Assembly (NCBI GenBank): GCA_001783805.1
Contig: MFNS01000007.1
Coordinates: forward strand, 1,594 to 65,593
DNA length: 64,000 nt
Reading direction: 5' to 3'
Source of the DNA: Candidatus Levybacteria bacterium RIFCSPHIGHO2_01_FULL_40_16
GTDB lineage: Bacteria > Patescibacteriota > Microgenomatia > Levybacterales > UBA12049
The notes under the pieces were generated by a model. It made no database searches and was not told the DNA's origin. It saw only the letters and a list, made by a program, of their open reading frames with translations. Positions 1 to 11,264 of the stretch are shown in pieces. The number at the start of each line of letters is the position of its first letter. Position 1 is the first letter of the stretch. A program made the position numbers and the translations under genes.

Positions 1-2164
1 TCATTTCGTTGTCAAAAACCGAAACCGAAATGCCCGATACCGTTGCCCCATAGAATCCGAGTTTTTTAATCGCGTCGATTAATTTTTCTACTTCATCAGG
101 GGTTTTCGCAGTAATCGCTTGCGTAATAATTGTCTTTATCCCGGATGCATTGATAGATTTATTGATAAATCCAAAAGATGCGGGAAGCGTTTCGTTAAAC
201 AAAATTCTACCCACAGTCGTTTCTTCATTTTTATCTTCGACTCTAACTAGGATTGGCTCGCGAAGGAGTATAGCTTTGACGCTGTATGCCAAAAGCGCAT
301 CCTGCATATCTTTAAATATCGGGAGTCCCGCTTCGCCGCGAGACGAGTCTTCACGTCTTGATGCTTCGTCAATCGAAGTTAAGTAATAGATTCCAACTGC
401 CATCTCTTTGTTAGGAAGCGTAATTGCTCCTCCGTCCGCGGGTTTGAGCAAATTATGTTTTGGCATCATGAGAGTAATTGCTTCTTCCTGAGCTTTTTTG
501 GACAAGGGAATATGCACGGCCATTTGATCTCCGTCAAAGTCGGCATTGTAACCCGCACAAACACAAGGATGAAGGGCAATCGCCGACCCTTCAATTAAAA
601 TCGGATAAAATGCCTGGATACCTAGCTTGTGCAGTGTCGGAGCCCGGTTGAGAAGAACCGGATGATTTTTGGTAATTTCCTCCAAGATATCAAATACCTC
701 CGGCGGACGCTTCTCAATAAATCTTTTGGCAGATTTGATGTTGGGAGCAAATCCCCTGATAATCACTTCCCTAAGCACAAAAGGTTTGAACATTTCCAAA
801 GCCATTTCTTTGGGAAGACCGCACTGAGACAAAGTCAGCTGAGGACCAACGACAATTACCGAACGTCCGGAATAGTCAACTCTTTTACCCAAAAGGTTTT
901 GCCTGAATCTTCCCTGTTTTCCGCGGAGCATGTCTGACAATGATCGCAAAGGGGAAGAGGTAATCTGAGAACTTCTTTGCGCAATATCGATTAACGAATC
1001 AACTGCTTCCTGAAGCATTCTTCTTTCATTTTTAAGAATTATCTGTGGAGCGCCCAAACTCATCAAATGCTTTAACCGGTTATTTCTGTTAATCACTCTT
1101 CTGTATAAATCATTTAGGTCGGAAGTCGCAAAACGTCCTCCGGAAAGTTGAACCATGGGTCTCAAATCCGGCGGAATAACCGGAAGCACTGAAAGCAACA
1201 TAAAGGTTGGCAGGATTTCCGCCTTGCGGATTGATTCAATTAATCTTAATCTTTTAATGAGTTTCAAATATTTTTGCCCCTTGGCTTTTTCGGTTTCTTT
1301 TCGCAAAGTGGCGATTAAATTTGTAATATCAATTTTTTCCAATAATTCCAGGAGTCCTTCCGCACCGGTTCTGATTGTGAAGAAAACCGGAATATCATAT
1401 TCCAAGATTTTGAAATATTCGTCTTCCGAAAGTACGCCGCCGATTCTTAACCCTCTTAAAAGTTTTAAGAGGGCGTCATAAATCTCATCCAATTTTTTGC
1501 TTTCCAGATCTAGTCTTTCGGTCAAGGCTGTGACTTTCTGTCTGGTTGTCAGTTCTATTTCTTGTTCGATAAGCTCTCTTTGTTCCGTTTCGGATTTGCT
1601 GGAAAGAGATTCTTTTTTCTTCTGAGTCATTTCCTCCTGCACTTTTTTCTCTTCAAGATTTAATTTCTGTTTTAATTCCTGCTTTTTCTTTTCGATGTAA
1701 TCTGAGAAGGAATTCAAAGCTTCTTTTTTCTTAGTTTCATCAATATTGATAACCAGGTATGAGGCATAATAAATGACAGATTCAAGGCTTTTTTGAGACA
1801 TATCCAAGAGAAGCGAAAGGGGTGAAGATGAGCCCTTGAAGAACCAAACGTGGGCAACCGGGGTCGCTAAGTTGATGTGCCCCATTCTTTCACGTCTGAC
1901 ACGGGATAGCGTAACTTCGACTCCGCACTTGTCGCAAATTATTCCTCTATATCTGATTCTTTTGTATTTTCCACAATAACATTCCCAGTCTTTGGTTGGC
2001 CCAAAAATCCGTTCATCAAAAAGTCCGTCTTTTTCCGGTCTTAAAGTCCGGTAGTTAATGGTTTCCGGCTTGGTTACTTCGCCGTAGCTCCAAGCCAAGA
2101 TATCTTTAGAGGAAGCTAAAGAAATCTTTAAAGCTTTAAAGTCCAAAATTGTAATATCTTTCAT
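1..2164 (-). CDS. rpoC: DNA-directed RNA polymerase subunit beta' (5' part; runs off the window edge)
   Basis: ATG at 2164 (minus) reads [18 protein letters not shown]...[15 protein letters not shown]...[11 protein letters not shown]; catalytic NADFDGD encoded near 527-548; directly downstream of rpoB. Confidence 0.97.
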   Translation of the reverse strand, partial: MKDITILDFKALKISLASSKDILAWSYGEVTKPETINYRTLRPEKDGLFDERIFGPTKDWECYCGKYKRIRYRGIICDKCGVEVTLSRVRRERMGHINLATPVAHVWFFKGSSSPLSLLLDMSQKSLESVIYYASYLVINIDETKKKEALNSFSDYIEKKKQELKQKLNLEEKKVQEEMTQKKKESLSSKSETEQRELIEQEIELTTRQKVTALTERLDLESKKLDEIYDALLKLLRGLRIGGVLSEDEYFKILEYDIPVFFTIRTGAEGLLELLEKIDITNLIATLRKETEKAKGQKYLKLIKRLRLIESIRKAEILPTFMLLSVLPVIPPDLRPMVQLSGGRFATSDLNDLYRRVINRNNRLKHLMSLGAPQIILKNERRMLQEAVDSLIDIAQRSSQITSSPLRSLSDMLRGKQGRFRQNLLGKRVDYSGRSVIVVGPQLTLSQCGLPKEMALEMFKPFVLREVIIRGFAPNIKSAKRFIEKRPPEVFDILEEITKNHPVLLNRAPTLHKLGIQAFYPILIEGSAIALHPCVCAGYNADFDGDQMAVHIPLSKKAQEEAITLMMPKHNLLKPADGGAITLPNKEMAVGIYYLTSIDEASRREDSSRGEAGLPIFKDMQDALLAYSVKAILLREPILVRVEDKNEETTVGRILFNETLPASFGFINKSINASGIKTIITQAITAKTPDEVEKLIDAIKKLGFYGATVSGISVSVFDNEM

Positions 2165-2189
2165 TTTTTTATCTATATTATTCATATTT

Positions 2190-5100
2190 TTAAGCTTCTA
2201 CTTTGTTATCCTGCGCAGGCGTTTCTACCGAAGCGGCAAGCTGTAATTCCAAGGCATCTTTCTTAACTTTTTCTTCTCCGCTAATTGGCGGATTCTTCTC
2301 GATAATGCTTCCCTCAATTGTCATGGGTACCAATGTTTCCGGAACAACTGTTGCACCGATTGGAGTAATATTCAATCCTAAAGATGCAAGCTCTTTTATC
2401 AAAACCTTGAATGATTCCGGCACCCGCGGGGTGGGAATATCCACTCCCTTGACAATTGCTTCGAAAGCTTTAGCGCGTCCCACGACATCGTCGGATTTGA
2501 TTGTCAACATCTCCTGAAGCGTGTATCGCGCCCGATGCGCATCCAAGGCCCAGACTTCCATTTCTCCCAGACGCTGTCCTCCCATTTGCGCTTTTCCGCC
2601 CAGTGGCTGTTGTGTAACCAAAGAATATGGCCCCGTAGAACGTGCGTGAGTTTTATCTTCAACCATGTGGATAAGTTTCATAATATATTCTACTCCGACC
2701 ACTACGGAATTTTCATAGGCCTCCCCCGTCCGGCCGTCATATAGAGTTGTTTTCCCGTCTTCAGGAAGCTTTGCCTGTTTTAAAGAAGCAATTATCCGGT
2801 CTTCCCCGACCTCTTCAAAAGCAGGGATTCCGACTTTGACACCTAATTTTGCACAAGCTAATCCCAGATGTGCTTCCAGCAATTGTCCCAAATTCATACG
2901 AGCCAAAACTGAAATCGGAGAAATAACAATATCAATTGGCGTACCATCCACGATATAAGGCATATCCGCTTGAGGCAAGATCTTGGAAATAACTCCTTTA
3001 TTCCCATGACGTCCTGCCAGCTTGTCTCCGACCACAACGTGCCTGAATTGGGCTACTTCAATAATAATCTTCCTCAAAGTTCCGGGTTCCAATTCATCTC
3101 CTTTTTTTCTATCCAAGACCTGCACGCTGATAACGGTTCCTCTTTCTCCATGAGGCATTCGCAAAGATGTATCTCTGACTTCTCTGGCTTGTTCTCCAAA
3201 GATCGCTCGCAAAAGTCTTTCTTCGGCTGTCAGCTCTGTTTCTCCTTTTGGAGCAATTTTACCAACCAAAATATCTCCGGGGATTACATCCGATCCCACA
3301 ACCACTATTCCTTCTTCATCAAGATTAGCCAAGTCTTCTTCGGAAACATTTGGAATATCGCGGGTTGTTTCTTCGGGGCCTAGTTTTGTTTCAACTACCG
3401 CCGCTTCGTGTTTTTCGATATGGATTGAGGAAAGGGCATCCTCTTTGACCAATCTATCCGATATCACAATCGCGTCTTCATATCCTAATCCATCCAAAGA
3501 TGCATAAGCAATCAAAAGATTCTGTCCTAGCGCCAATTCTCCATTGTCCGAAGACGGTCCGTCAATCAAGAGATCGCCTTTTTTGACTCTGTCCCCATCT
3601 TTAACTACCGCTCTTTGTGTATAGGCAGTTGCCTGAGAAGTTCGTTTGAAAGAATCGATCTGATAAGTTATCTCCTCAGATCTTGACTTTCCTTTGATGG
3701 TTACCTTATTTGCGTCCGCATAGATAATTGTTCCGTCAAACTGCGCGCGGACAACCCGTCCCATGACTGAAGCGACAACTTTCTCCATATCCGTACCGAC
3801 TATTGGACTTTCCGGCGCAACCAAAGGAACAGCCTGACACTGCATATGCGTACCCATCAAAGCTCTATTTGTTTCATCATGGGAGACAAAAGGAATAAGC
3901 GAGGCTGAAGTTCCGACAACTTGCCTTGGAACAACGTCAATAAAATCAACTTTTTCCTTTTCGACTTCCATAAATCCGCCTTGATATCTGACAGGAACAC
4001 GTTGGGCCTCGATGGTGTTTTTGGTTAGAGTACCCGCATGGGTAATATAAAATTTCCTCTCATCATCTGCAGCCAGATAAACGATTTCGTCCGTTGCGGT
4101 TACAGCTGTATCATTGCCTCTTTTTGCCTTATGAACTTTTCTGTAGGGGGTTTCCAGAAATCCATGCTCGTTAACCCTGGAATATAAAGCCAAATAAGTA
4201 ACTAAACCGATATTGGGCCCTTCGGGACTTCTAATCGGACAAATTCTTCCGTACTGAGAGCTATTGATGTCTCTAATCGAGAAGGCTGCTCTTTCTCTGG
4301 AAATTCCGCCTGTTCCCATGACTGTCAAACGGTTGAGATTATCTATTTCGGACAAGGGATTTGTTTGATCAAGAATGGTTGAGAGCTGAGATGTCCGGAA
4401 GAACTCATTGATTGAAGCCATAATTGGCCTGGCATTAATGAGTGCCCCGATTGACGGCGGAATATCCGGCTGGATAAGACTCATTCTTTCTTTGACACTG
4501 CGCTCCAACCTTAGAACTCCAACCCTAAAAGCTGTGGTTGCAACCAATTCCCCAACCCTTCTGACGCGTCTGTTAGCTAAACTGTCAATATCATCAACGC
4601 CCTCTTCTCCCTGAGCCAACCTAATGAGGAAACTTATTGTTCCTAGAATATCTTCCCGGGTTAAAATGCTCACGTTTGACTCTGCGAAGCCCGGCATTCC
4701 GTTAAGTTTTTTGTTTATCTTGTATCTTCCTACTTCACCCAAATCATAACGGCGGGAATTGAAAAATAATCCGTCAAAATTCTCTTTAACTTTTTCAAAA
4801 ACAACCGGTTCTCCTGGATGCATTTTCTTAAATATCTCAATAATTGCATCTTTGGAGTTGCCTGTTTCATCTTTCTGCAGCGTATTTTCTATGAAGGTTG
4901 TTCTCCCTTCTGTCTCCAATCCCTTGAAAGATTCCTTAATGTCTTCATTTGAGGAGAATCCGATTGCTCTTAAAAATGTTGTAGCCAAAAACTTTCTGCG
5001 CCTATCGATTTTAACCGTAACTGTTTCATGTCTGGTGGTTGAGAATTCGAGCCATGATCCATGAATTGGCCTTATTTCGGCCGTATACAATTTTTTACCA

Positions 5101-5558
5101 GTGACGTTGTCGTGAACTGCGGTAAAAAATACTCCCGGTGAACGGACTAGCTGATTAACAACTGTTCTCTCGACACCATTGATAATAAAGGTCCCCCTGT
5201 CGGTCATTTGCGGAATATCTCCCAAAAAGACTTCTTGTTCTATCGTGGCATTGGTTTTTTTATTGGTCAGGGTTGTTTCTACGTAGAGGGGCGCATCGTA
5301 CATGAGGCCTTTGGAAAGAGCAATTTCCGGTGTGTTTGAACTCTTGCCTATTCTGTATTTTTTGAATTCCAATCTCCAGTTTTTTTCCGTAAAATCATCA
5401 ATCGGAGAAATTTCTTTAATTATTTGCCCAATTCCAACTTCGAGAAACCATTTATAGGAACTTTTTTGTACATCCAGAAGGTCTAGTCGTGGCAAGAAAG
5501 AGTATTCTTTTCCCCAGTTTTGTCGGACAGTATTAGTTTTTTTATCAAGTTTAGTCAT
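2190..5558 (-). CDS. rpoB: DNA-directed RNA polymerase subunit beta
   Basis: Motifs [45 protein letters not shown]; start taken at MTKLD (ORF track starts at 5567). Confidence 0.98.
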   Translation of the reverse strand: MTKLDKKTNTVRQNWGKEYSFLPRLDLLDVQKSSYKWFLEVGIGQIIKEISPIDDFTEKNWRLEFKKYRIGKSSNTPEIALSKGLMYDAPLYVETTLTNKKTNATIEQEVFLGDIPQMTDRGTFIINGVERTVVNQLVRSPGVFFTAVHDNVTGKKLYTAEIRPIHGSWLEFSTTRHETVTVKIDRRRKFLATTFLRAIGFSSNEDIKESFKGLETEGRTTFIENTLQKDETGNSKDAIIEIFKKMHPGEPVVFEKVKENFDGLFFNSRRYDLGEVGRYKINKKLNGMPGFAESNVSILTREDILGTISFLIRLAQGEEGVDDIDSLANRRVRRVGELVATTAFRVGVLRLERSVKERMSLIQPDIPPSIGALINARPIMASINEFFRTSQLSTILDQTNPLSEIDNLNRLTVMGTGGISRERAAFSIRDINSSQYGRICPIRSPEGPNIGLVTYLALYSRVNEHGFLETPYRKVHKAKRGNDTAVTATDEIVYLAADDERKFYITHAGTLTKNTIEAQRVPVRYQGGFMEVEKEKVDFIDVVPRQVVGTSASLIPFVSHDETNRALMGTHMQCQAVPLVAPESPIVGTDMEKVVASVMGRVVRAQFDGTIIYADANKVTIKGKSRSEEITYQIDSFKRTSQATAYTQRAVVKDGDRVKKGDLLIDGPSSDNGELALGQNLLIAYASLDGLGYEDAIVISDRLVKEDALSSIHIEKHEAAVVETKLGPEETTRDIPNVSEEDLANLDEEGIVVVGSDVIPGDILVGKIAPKGETELTAEERLLRAIFGEQAREVRDTSLRMPHGERGTVISVQVLDRKKGDELEPGTLRKIIIEVAQFRHVVVGDKLAGRHGNKGVISKILPQADMPYIVDGTPIDIVISPISVLARMNLGQLLEAHLGLACAKLGVKVGIPAFEEVGEDRIIASLKQAKLPEDGKTTLYDGRTGEAYENSVVVGVEYIMKLIHMVEDKTHARSTGPYSLVTQQPLGGKAQMGGQRLGEMEVWALDAHRARYTLQEMLTIKSDDVVGRAKAFEAIVKGVDIPTPRVPESFKVLIKELASLGLNITPIGATVVPETLVPMTIEGSIIEKNPPISGEEKVKKDALELQLAASVETPAQDNKVEA

Positions 5559-5716
5559 CACCAACAAAAAAAACGCACAAGGCGTACCACCTTTACTTCG
5601 TTTTCGTATAGAGTAATAAATTTATACCACATCCTCCCGCCCATGTCAAGCCCCCAAAAAAAGATTTTTCCTGAGGCTTAACCCCAGGGGTCGCCGCACG
5701 AAAATTTTTATGTTCA

Positions 5717-6100
5717 CTATTTTTCGCTGCGAGGACGGGGAGCTTGTCCTAATTTCTTTTTCATAAAGCGGGCTTCTGCTTCCTCGGTGTATCTGTAAGA
5801 CCTTGGCCTATATTCGGAAGTGTGAGTATTTATTTTGTCTTTAAGTAATGGAAACTTTTCTAAATCTTCTAATTTGCAGGCTGTTGTTCCTCCCGCAAAA
5901 ATAACAAATCCTCCTTCTGCCCAAAGTTGTATGGAAGGATTATGCTCTTGTGATGTTTCCTTTCTTCCCGTCAGCAACGCTGCAAAAGGTTTACCTCTGG
6001 AAGGAAAAACTACAATTGCCACATCTCTTTTTGTAAAGTTTCTAAGTGGCACAAATTCAGCTCCATTATTTTGAGGCACATAGCCTTTGAGTTTTTCCAT
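5717..6100 (-). CDS. hypothetical protein
   Basis: ORF between rpoB and alaS; TGCTATAAT 6 nt upstream of ATG at 6100 (MEKLKG). Confidence 0.6.
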   Translation of the reverse strand: MEKLKGYVPQNNGAEFVPLRNFTKRDVAIVVFPSRGKPFAALLTGRKETSQEHNPSIQLWAEGGFVIFAGGTTACKLEDLEKFPLLKDKINTHTSEYRPRSYRYTEEAEARFMKKKLGQAPRPRSEK

Positions 6101-6171
6101 GTCGCGATTATAGCAACTTACATTAAATAAAACCATAGATTAGAATGCGGAATTGAGATATAATAGTATAT

Positions 6172-8145
6172 ATGACAGCGAAGGAAATTATTGAAAAATA
6201 TATTGCGTTTTTTGAGAAACGCGGGCACAAAAGAATTGAGAATGCTCCTCTGGTCCCGCAGAATGACCCAACTACCCTTTTCACCTCATCCGGTATGCAG
6301 CCTTTGGTCCCCTATCTTTTGGGAAAAGCTCACCCAATGGGAAAAAAATTGGTAAATGTTCAGAATTGCTTCAGAGCTGTGGACATAGATGAGGTCGGAG
6401 ACAATCGCCACACAACATTCTTTAGAATGCTGGGAAATTGGAGTTTAGGTGATCCTGCCCGCAATGCTCCGCAAAGCGATGCAGGCGGGTACTTTAAGAA
6501 AGAACACCTCCCTTGGATTTGGGAATTTGTCACTAAAGATTTAAAAATACCAATCAGTAAACTTTATATAACAGTTTTTAAAGGATACAGGGATATTCCA
6601 AAAGATGCCGAATCAGAAAAAATCTGGACTGATATTCTTACAAAAGAAGGATTGGATCCCAAAGAAAGAATATTTTTTTACGACACGCAAAACTGGTGGT
6701 CCCGCACCGGAGAACCGGATAAAATGCCTGTGGGTGAACCGGGCGGACCGGACTCGGAAATCTTCTTCGATTTCGAAACACCCCATACTACAGAGTATGG
6801 AAGGAAATGTCATCCAAATTGTCAATGCGGTCGTTTTATGGAAATTGTTAACAGCGTGTTCATGGAATACCAAAAGCAAGAAGATGGCAGTTTTAAAAAA
6901 CTTCCTCAACAAAACGTTGACCATGGTGCTGGCGTGGAAAGACTTCTGTCTGCAGTTGAAAACCAACAGGATATTTTTCAAACTTCTCTTTTTAAACCAA
7001 TCGTTAACGCAATTGAACAGATATTAAAAAGTGATTATAAAATAAATAGTCGAGCAATCAGAATTATAACGGATCACTTAATAGCTTCTACTTTTATTGC
7101 AGCAAATGGAATTATTCCTTCAAACAAAGAACAAGGATATATCCTGCGGAGGCTTTTAAGAAGGGCAATTCGATATGGGAAACAATTAGGAGTTGACAAA
7201 ATATTTACTTCTGATATTGCTTCTGTAATTATCAAAAATTATTCAGATACAGATTCTGATCTTACCGAAAAAGAAAAACTCATCAAAGATTTATTCAACG
7301 AAGAAGAAAAAAAGTTTGCTCAAGTTATCCAAGAGGGACTTAGGAGATCGGAAAAGATATTTGAAATAAAAACCCCAATTAAAACAGGCTTATATTCAAA
7401 ACTAATGCAAATTTCCGACAAAAAAGAACTGTTTAGAAATATTTACCGTAATAAAATTCCAAAGAATATTTTAATACCCATAGGGGAAATTAAACTGGCA
7501 ACTATAAGCGGGGAAGAGGCGTTTAATTTATATCAGTCTTTCGGCTTCCCGATAGAAATGATCATTGAGCTTGTTCAGGAAAAAGGTTTATTAGTTGATA
7601 TAGAAGCATTTGAAAAAGAAATAGAAAAGCATCAGAAAATTTCTAAGGTTGGGGCGGAGAAAAAGTTTAAGGGTGGGTTGGCGGACACCTCGGAAAAGAC
7701 TATCATGGGGCATACGGCAACGCATTTACTACATAAAGCCTTAAGAGATCTCCTTGGCGAAAATGTTCATCAGACCGGCTCAAACATTACTTCCGAGCGA
7801 ATCCGCTTTGATTTTAATTATGATAAAAACCTTGCTCCTGAACAAATCAAGAAGATTGAGGAAGTAGTTAAGGAAAAAATCCGTGAGAATCTCCCTGTCC
7901 ATTTTGAAATGCTTTCCTTAGCAAAAGCGAAAGAAATTGGCGCAATCGGACTTTTCGATGAAAAATATGGACAAACTGTCAAGGTTTACTTTGTTGGACC
8001 AAAGACCAAAGACCAAAGACCATATTCTATCGAATTTTGCGGAGGCCCGCATGTCGCGTTTACTTCAGAGATAAAAAGTTTTAGAATAATTAAGCAGGAA
8101 AATATCGGCAAAGGAAACCGTAGAATTTACGCTAAAGTTGGTTAA
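6172..8145 (+). CDS. alaS: alanine--tRNA ligase (short form lacking C-Ala domain)
   Basis: DPTTLFTSSGMQP, RHTTFFRMLGNWSLG, GYILRRLLRRA, editing motifs HTATHLL and EFCGGPHV. Confidence 0.96.
   Translation: MTAKEIIEKYIAFFEKRGHKRIENAPLVPQNDPTTLFTSSGMQPLVPYLLGKAHPMGKKLVNVQNCFRAVDIDEVGDNRHTTFFRMLGNWSLGDPARNAPQSDAGGYFKKEHLPWIWEFVTKDLKIPISKLYITVFKGYRDIPKDAESEKIWTDILTKEGLDPKERIFFYDTQNWWSRTGEPDKMPVGEPGGPDSEIFFDFETPHTTEYGRKCHPNCQCGRFMEIVNSVFMEYQKQEDGSFKKLPQQNVDHGAGVERLLSAVENQQDIFQTSLFKPIVNAIEQILKSDYKINSRAIRIITDHLIASTFIAANGIIPSNKEQGYILRRLLRRAIRYGKQLGVDKIFTSDIASVIIKNYSDTDSDLTEKEKLIKDLFNEEEKKFAQVIQEGLRRSEKIFEIKTPIKTGLYSKLMQISDKKELFRNIYRNKIPKNILIPIGEIKLATISGEEAFNLYQSFGFPIEMIIELVQEKGLLVDIEAFEKEIEKHQKISKVGAEKKFKGGLADTSEKTIMGHTATHLLHKALRDLLGENVHQTGSNITSERIRFDFNYDKNLAPEQIKKIEEVVKEKIRENLPVHFEMLSLAKAKEIGAIGLFDEKYGQTVKVYFVGPKTKDQRPYSIEFCGGPHVAFTSEIKSFRIIKQENIGKGNRRIYAKVG
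6454..6489 (+). repeat. 36-bp palindromic element (family PARN) inserted in frame in alaS
   Basis: cctgcccgcaatgctccgcaaagcgatgcaggcggg; related copies at 9106-9141 and 42753-42788. Confidence 0.9.
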
Positions 8146-8148
8146 GCT

Positions 8149-10452
8149 ATGAATCTGCCATTTTTTAGTAGATTTAACAAGAAAGTTCTACCTTTATATT
8201 ATTTAGTTCTGATCCTAAGAGACGAAAAGGCTCGGGCAGTAATCTTTGAAGAGCTCGAAGGCAGAGTAAAAATCATCGGGCAAAAAGAAGAACATTTTTC
8301 TGTTTCTATAGATGCCGTCTCTCAGGAAGAACTTTTGGAAAAATTAGATAAAGCAATTTCGGGAGCCGAATCAACGCTTCCTGAAAATATACAAACGCAA
8401 AAAACAATTTTTGGAGTTAAGGAATCCTGGACAGACAATGATCAGATAAAAAAGGAATATCTCGCAAAACTCAAAAAGGTAAGTTCGGAATTGGGATTAG
8501 TCCCGATTGGTTTTTTGGTAATAGCGCAGGCAATTTCACATTTATTGCAAAAGGAGGAAGGAGCGCCTGTTTCCGCAATCCTTACGGAAATTAACAAGAA
8601 AAGTGTAACAGTAACACTTTTGCGAGCGGGAAAAAGTATAGAAACAAGAAGCTCCGAGATTCACGATTCTATTCCCTTTACCGTTGACACCCTCTTAAAA
8701 CATTTTAATATTCCGGAAATTCTACCATCCAGAATTATAATCTTTAACGGAAAAGAAGATTTAAGTCAGGAATTTATTTCCCACGCCTGGAGCAAAAGTT
8801 TGCCTTTTCTTCATCTTCCCCAAATATACTCTCTGCCTACTGGATTCGATGCGAAAGCAGTCCTTTTTGGCGCAGCCACACAAATGGGATTTGAAGTTAT
8901 GGAGAAAGATATACCAGCAACCACTGAAACACAGAACGAAACAGAAACGCAGAATTTCAGTGCCTTAGAGAAACTCAGTGATTCAGCGGTTGCAAGAGAA
9001 AAAAATCTCATCGAAGAGCCAATACTTTACAAAAATTTAGGAGCTTCAGATTTTGGATTTGCTAAAGATGTAGATGTCGCGAAGATGGAGTTTCAAGAAG
9101 AACAACCTACCCGTAATGTCCACCAGGACGATGCAGGCGGGAAAGTAATTCCTCAGATTGACGAAGAAGAATATGCAATACCCAATCCGCCTAAAAAACC
9201 CGACAATATCTTAACCTTAGCAATAAATACCCTAGCTGCGATTTTAGGCTTAATATTTACAATTGCTGAGAAAATAAATATTAAAAAAATCTTATCTTTT
9301 GCTACTTCGGGAAAATTAATAACCGTGGTTCCGGCAATTTTAATTTTGATTGTTGCGCTGATCGTTAGCTACTTCCTATTTCTAAAAGCAACGCTTGAGA
9401 TAACTGTAGATCCAAAGATTCTTGAGCAGAATAAAAGCGTGCTATTCTCGACAACTAAGCCGACCGATCCTAGCCAAAATATTATCAAAGGAGAGTTTAT
9501 AACAACATCCGAAGATGGCTCTGTCTCAACTCCTGCTACCGGAAAAAAGGATGTTGGCACTCCCGCGAAAGGAACAGTCATAATTTACAATGATAGTGAT
9601 ACCGCCAGAACCTTAGCTGAAGGGACAATATTAAAAGCTCCCAATGGACTTGAATTTACGCTTGATTCGTCAACTACTATAAAAGCGGTTGCATCTCACT
9701 CGGCAAATGAAAATCCCCCTCCTGAAAAAACTACAGCGAACGTAACCGCTGATCAACTGGGCAAAGAATCCAATCTTCCTTCAGGTACAAAATTTTCTGT
9801 AGCATCTCTTAATACATCTGAAATAATAGCAATAAATGATAATCCTTTTTCCGGCGGAACAAAAAAAGAAGTGACCGTAGTTTCAAAAAGTGACTCAACT
9901 AAATTAGAGGGGGATCTTCTTAAGCAATTAGAAAATAACGCCAGAAAAGATCTTCAAGAACAAGTTGGGCAAGATAAAATTTTACTTTCTGCTTTTATTT
10001 CGGAGACTTTAAGCAGTAAATCCTTGAATGTAAAAATTGGAGACGAGGTAAATCAAGTAACCTTAACCGGAACAGTTGAGTATCAGGGGCTTTCGTACGA
10101 CAAAAACGACATGATAACATTTGGCAAATTTCTTCTTTCCAAAGATATCCCCCTTGATCAGGAAATTGATTTTAATAATATTAAAGCATCTGTTCTTGAT
10201 ATAAAAAATAAAAATGATGAAGAAACAGAAGCAAGTCTGAGTATCAAAGCGCTCTTGCTACCAAAAATTGATGAAAATAAATTAACAAAAGATTTAAAAG
10301 GAAAACCTTTTAAAACTGCCGAAGATGTACTTTATAAATTGCCTCAAGTTGCAAATGTAAAGATCAAGCTTTCTCCTAATCTCCCATTGCTGCCAAAGAA
10401 CTTACCGGCAAGAGAAAAAAATATAAAAGTTTTAATTAAAATAAATGGGTAA
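8149..10452 (+). CDS. membrane-anchored protein with N-terminal FtsA/actin-like region and C-terminal baseplate J-like domain
   Basis: 767-aa ORF with a central TM helix; C-terminal ATGKK..G..AKGTVIIYN...FSGG pattern typical of CPR baseplate-J-like proteins. Confidence 0.55.
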   Translation: MNLPFFSRFNKKVLPLYYLVLILRDEKARAVIFEELEGRVKIIGQKEEHFSVSIDAVSQEELLEKLDKAISGAESTLPENIQTQKTIFGVKESWTDNDQIKKEYLAKLKKVSSELGLVPIGFLVIAQAISHLLQKEEGAPVSAILTEINKKSVTVTLLRAGKSIETRSSEIHDSIPFTVDTLLKHFNIPEILPSRIIIFNGKEDLSQEFISHAWSKSLPFLHLPQIYSLPTGFDAKAVLFGAATQMGFEVMEKDIPATTETQNETETQNFSALEKLSDSAVAREKNLIEEPILYKNLGASDFGFAKDVDVAKMEFQEEQPTRNVHQDDAGGKVIPQIDEEEYAIPNPPKKPDNILTLAINTLAAILGLIFTIAEKINIKKILSFATSGKLITVVPAILILIVALIVSYFLFLKATLEITVDPKILEQNKSVLFSTTKPTDPSQNIIKGEFITTSEDGSVSTPATGKKDVGTPAKGTVIIYNDSDTARTLAEGTILKAPNGLEFTLDSSTTIKAVASHSANENPPPEKTTANVTADQLGKESNLPSGTKFSVASLNTSEIIAINDNPFSGGTKKEVTVVSKSDSTKLEGDLLKQLENNARKDLQEQVGQDKILLSAFISETLSSKSLNVKIGDEVNQVTLTGTVEYQGLSYDKNDMITFGKFLLSKDIPLDQEIDFNNIKASVLDIKNKNDEETEASLSIKALLLPKIDENKLTKDLKGKPFKTAEDVLYKLPQVANVKIKLSPNLPLLPKNLPAREKNIKVLIKING
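9106..9141 (+). repeat. 36-bp palindromic element (family PARN), in frame
   Basis: cctacccgtaatgtccaccaggacgatgcaggcggg encoding PTRNVHQDDAGG. Confidence 0.8.
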
Positions 10453-11155
10453 ATATTATTACAAAAAAAATGCACAAGATAACTTTAAGAAATATCTTCG
10501 TCTGACAAGCGGTCTTCTTTTATTGATCGGCATTTCAATTATTTTATATATTTTGTTTCCTATAATATCTTGGCGAATATATTTCAGCCCCGCATTTACT
10601 TCTCAAGATTTTACGCTATCCATTCCCCGTGCAAATATTGTTGATCTGGCAAGAAATTTAATAGATCCAACCGACTACACCAGGGCTGAAAACTGGTTTA
10701 AAAACTTCAAACCCGCCTCTAACCAAAAAAACCAAGTTGATGCTTCTTCTTATACCATTTCTATACCAACGATAAAGATAACCGAGGCTGTAGTTTCTAC
10801 AATTGACAACGATCTGGCAAAACACTTGGTCAATTATCAAGGCACAGGCATCCCCGGCAGGAATGGAAATGCGGTAATTTTTGGTCATTCAACTCTTCCG
10901 CAATTATTTAATCCCAAAGATTACAAAACAATTTTCGCCAATGTTTACAAACTTAAGAATGGAGACATGATTTATGCCACCGTCACTGGCGTCACTTATT
11001 CATATAAAATATTTAAGACAATAGTCGTTGATCCCGAGAACAGTTCCGCACTGGTTCAGGACTATGATAATTCTTATCTAACCTTAGTGACTTGCACTCC
11101 CCCCGGGACAACTTGGAAACGGTTGATTGTTAAAGCTGTACTTATAAAAATATGA
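10445..11155 (+). CDS. sortase family protein
   Basis: N-terminal TM helix, GNAVIFGH, LTLVTCTPPG...R catalytic motif. Confidence 0.92.
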   Translation: MGKYYYKKNAQDNFKKYLRLTSGLLLLIGISIILYILFPIISWRIYFSPAFTSQDFTLSIPRANIVDLARNLIDPTDYTRAENWFKNFKPASNQKNQVDASSYTISIPTIKITEAVVSTIDNDLAKHLVNYQGTGIPGRNGNAVIFGHSTLPQLFNPKDYKTIFANVYKLKNGDMIYATVTGVTYSYKIFKTIVVDPENSSALVQDYDNSYLTLVTCTPPGTTWKRLIVKAVLIKI

Positions 11156-11262
11156 AAAAAATCTGGCCGACTTTTTACCGACTCATTAATTCCTTTCTTT
11201 ATTTTATCCTTTCCGTATTTAAAGCTGCAGTTTCTATAGCCTTAAAACAAATAAAGGAATAA
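11152..11262 (+). CDS. small hypothetical protein (36 aa)
   Basis: MKKIWPTFYRLINSFLYFILSVFKAAVSIALKQIKE*; ATGA overlap with the sortase stop, ends 2 nt before the next start. Confidence 0.6.
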   Translation: MKKIWPTFYRLINSFLYFILSVFKAAVSIALKQIKE

Positions 11263-11264
11263 TT

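Noticed and set aside
150-5064. Plus-strand ORFs over rpoC/rpoB, and similar shadow ORFs over ftsK, pnp, dnaK and groL
   Set aside because: Antisense or alternate-frame shadows of well-supported genes with no recognisable motifs.
8149-10452. Prophage remnant suggested by the baseplate J-like domain
   Set aside because: The gene is membrane-anchored, lies in a housekeeping operon and has no neighbouring phage genes.
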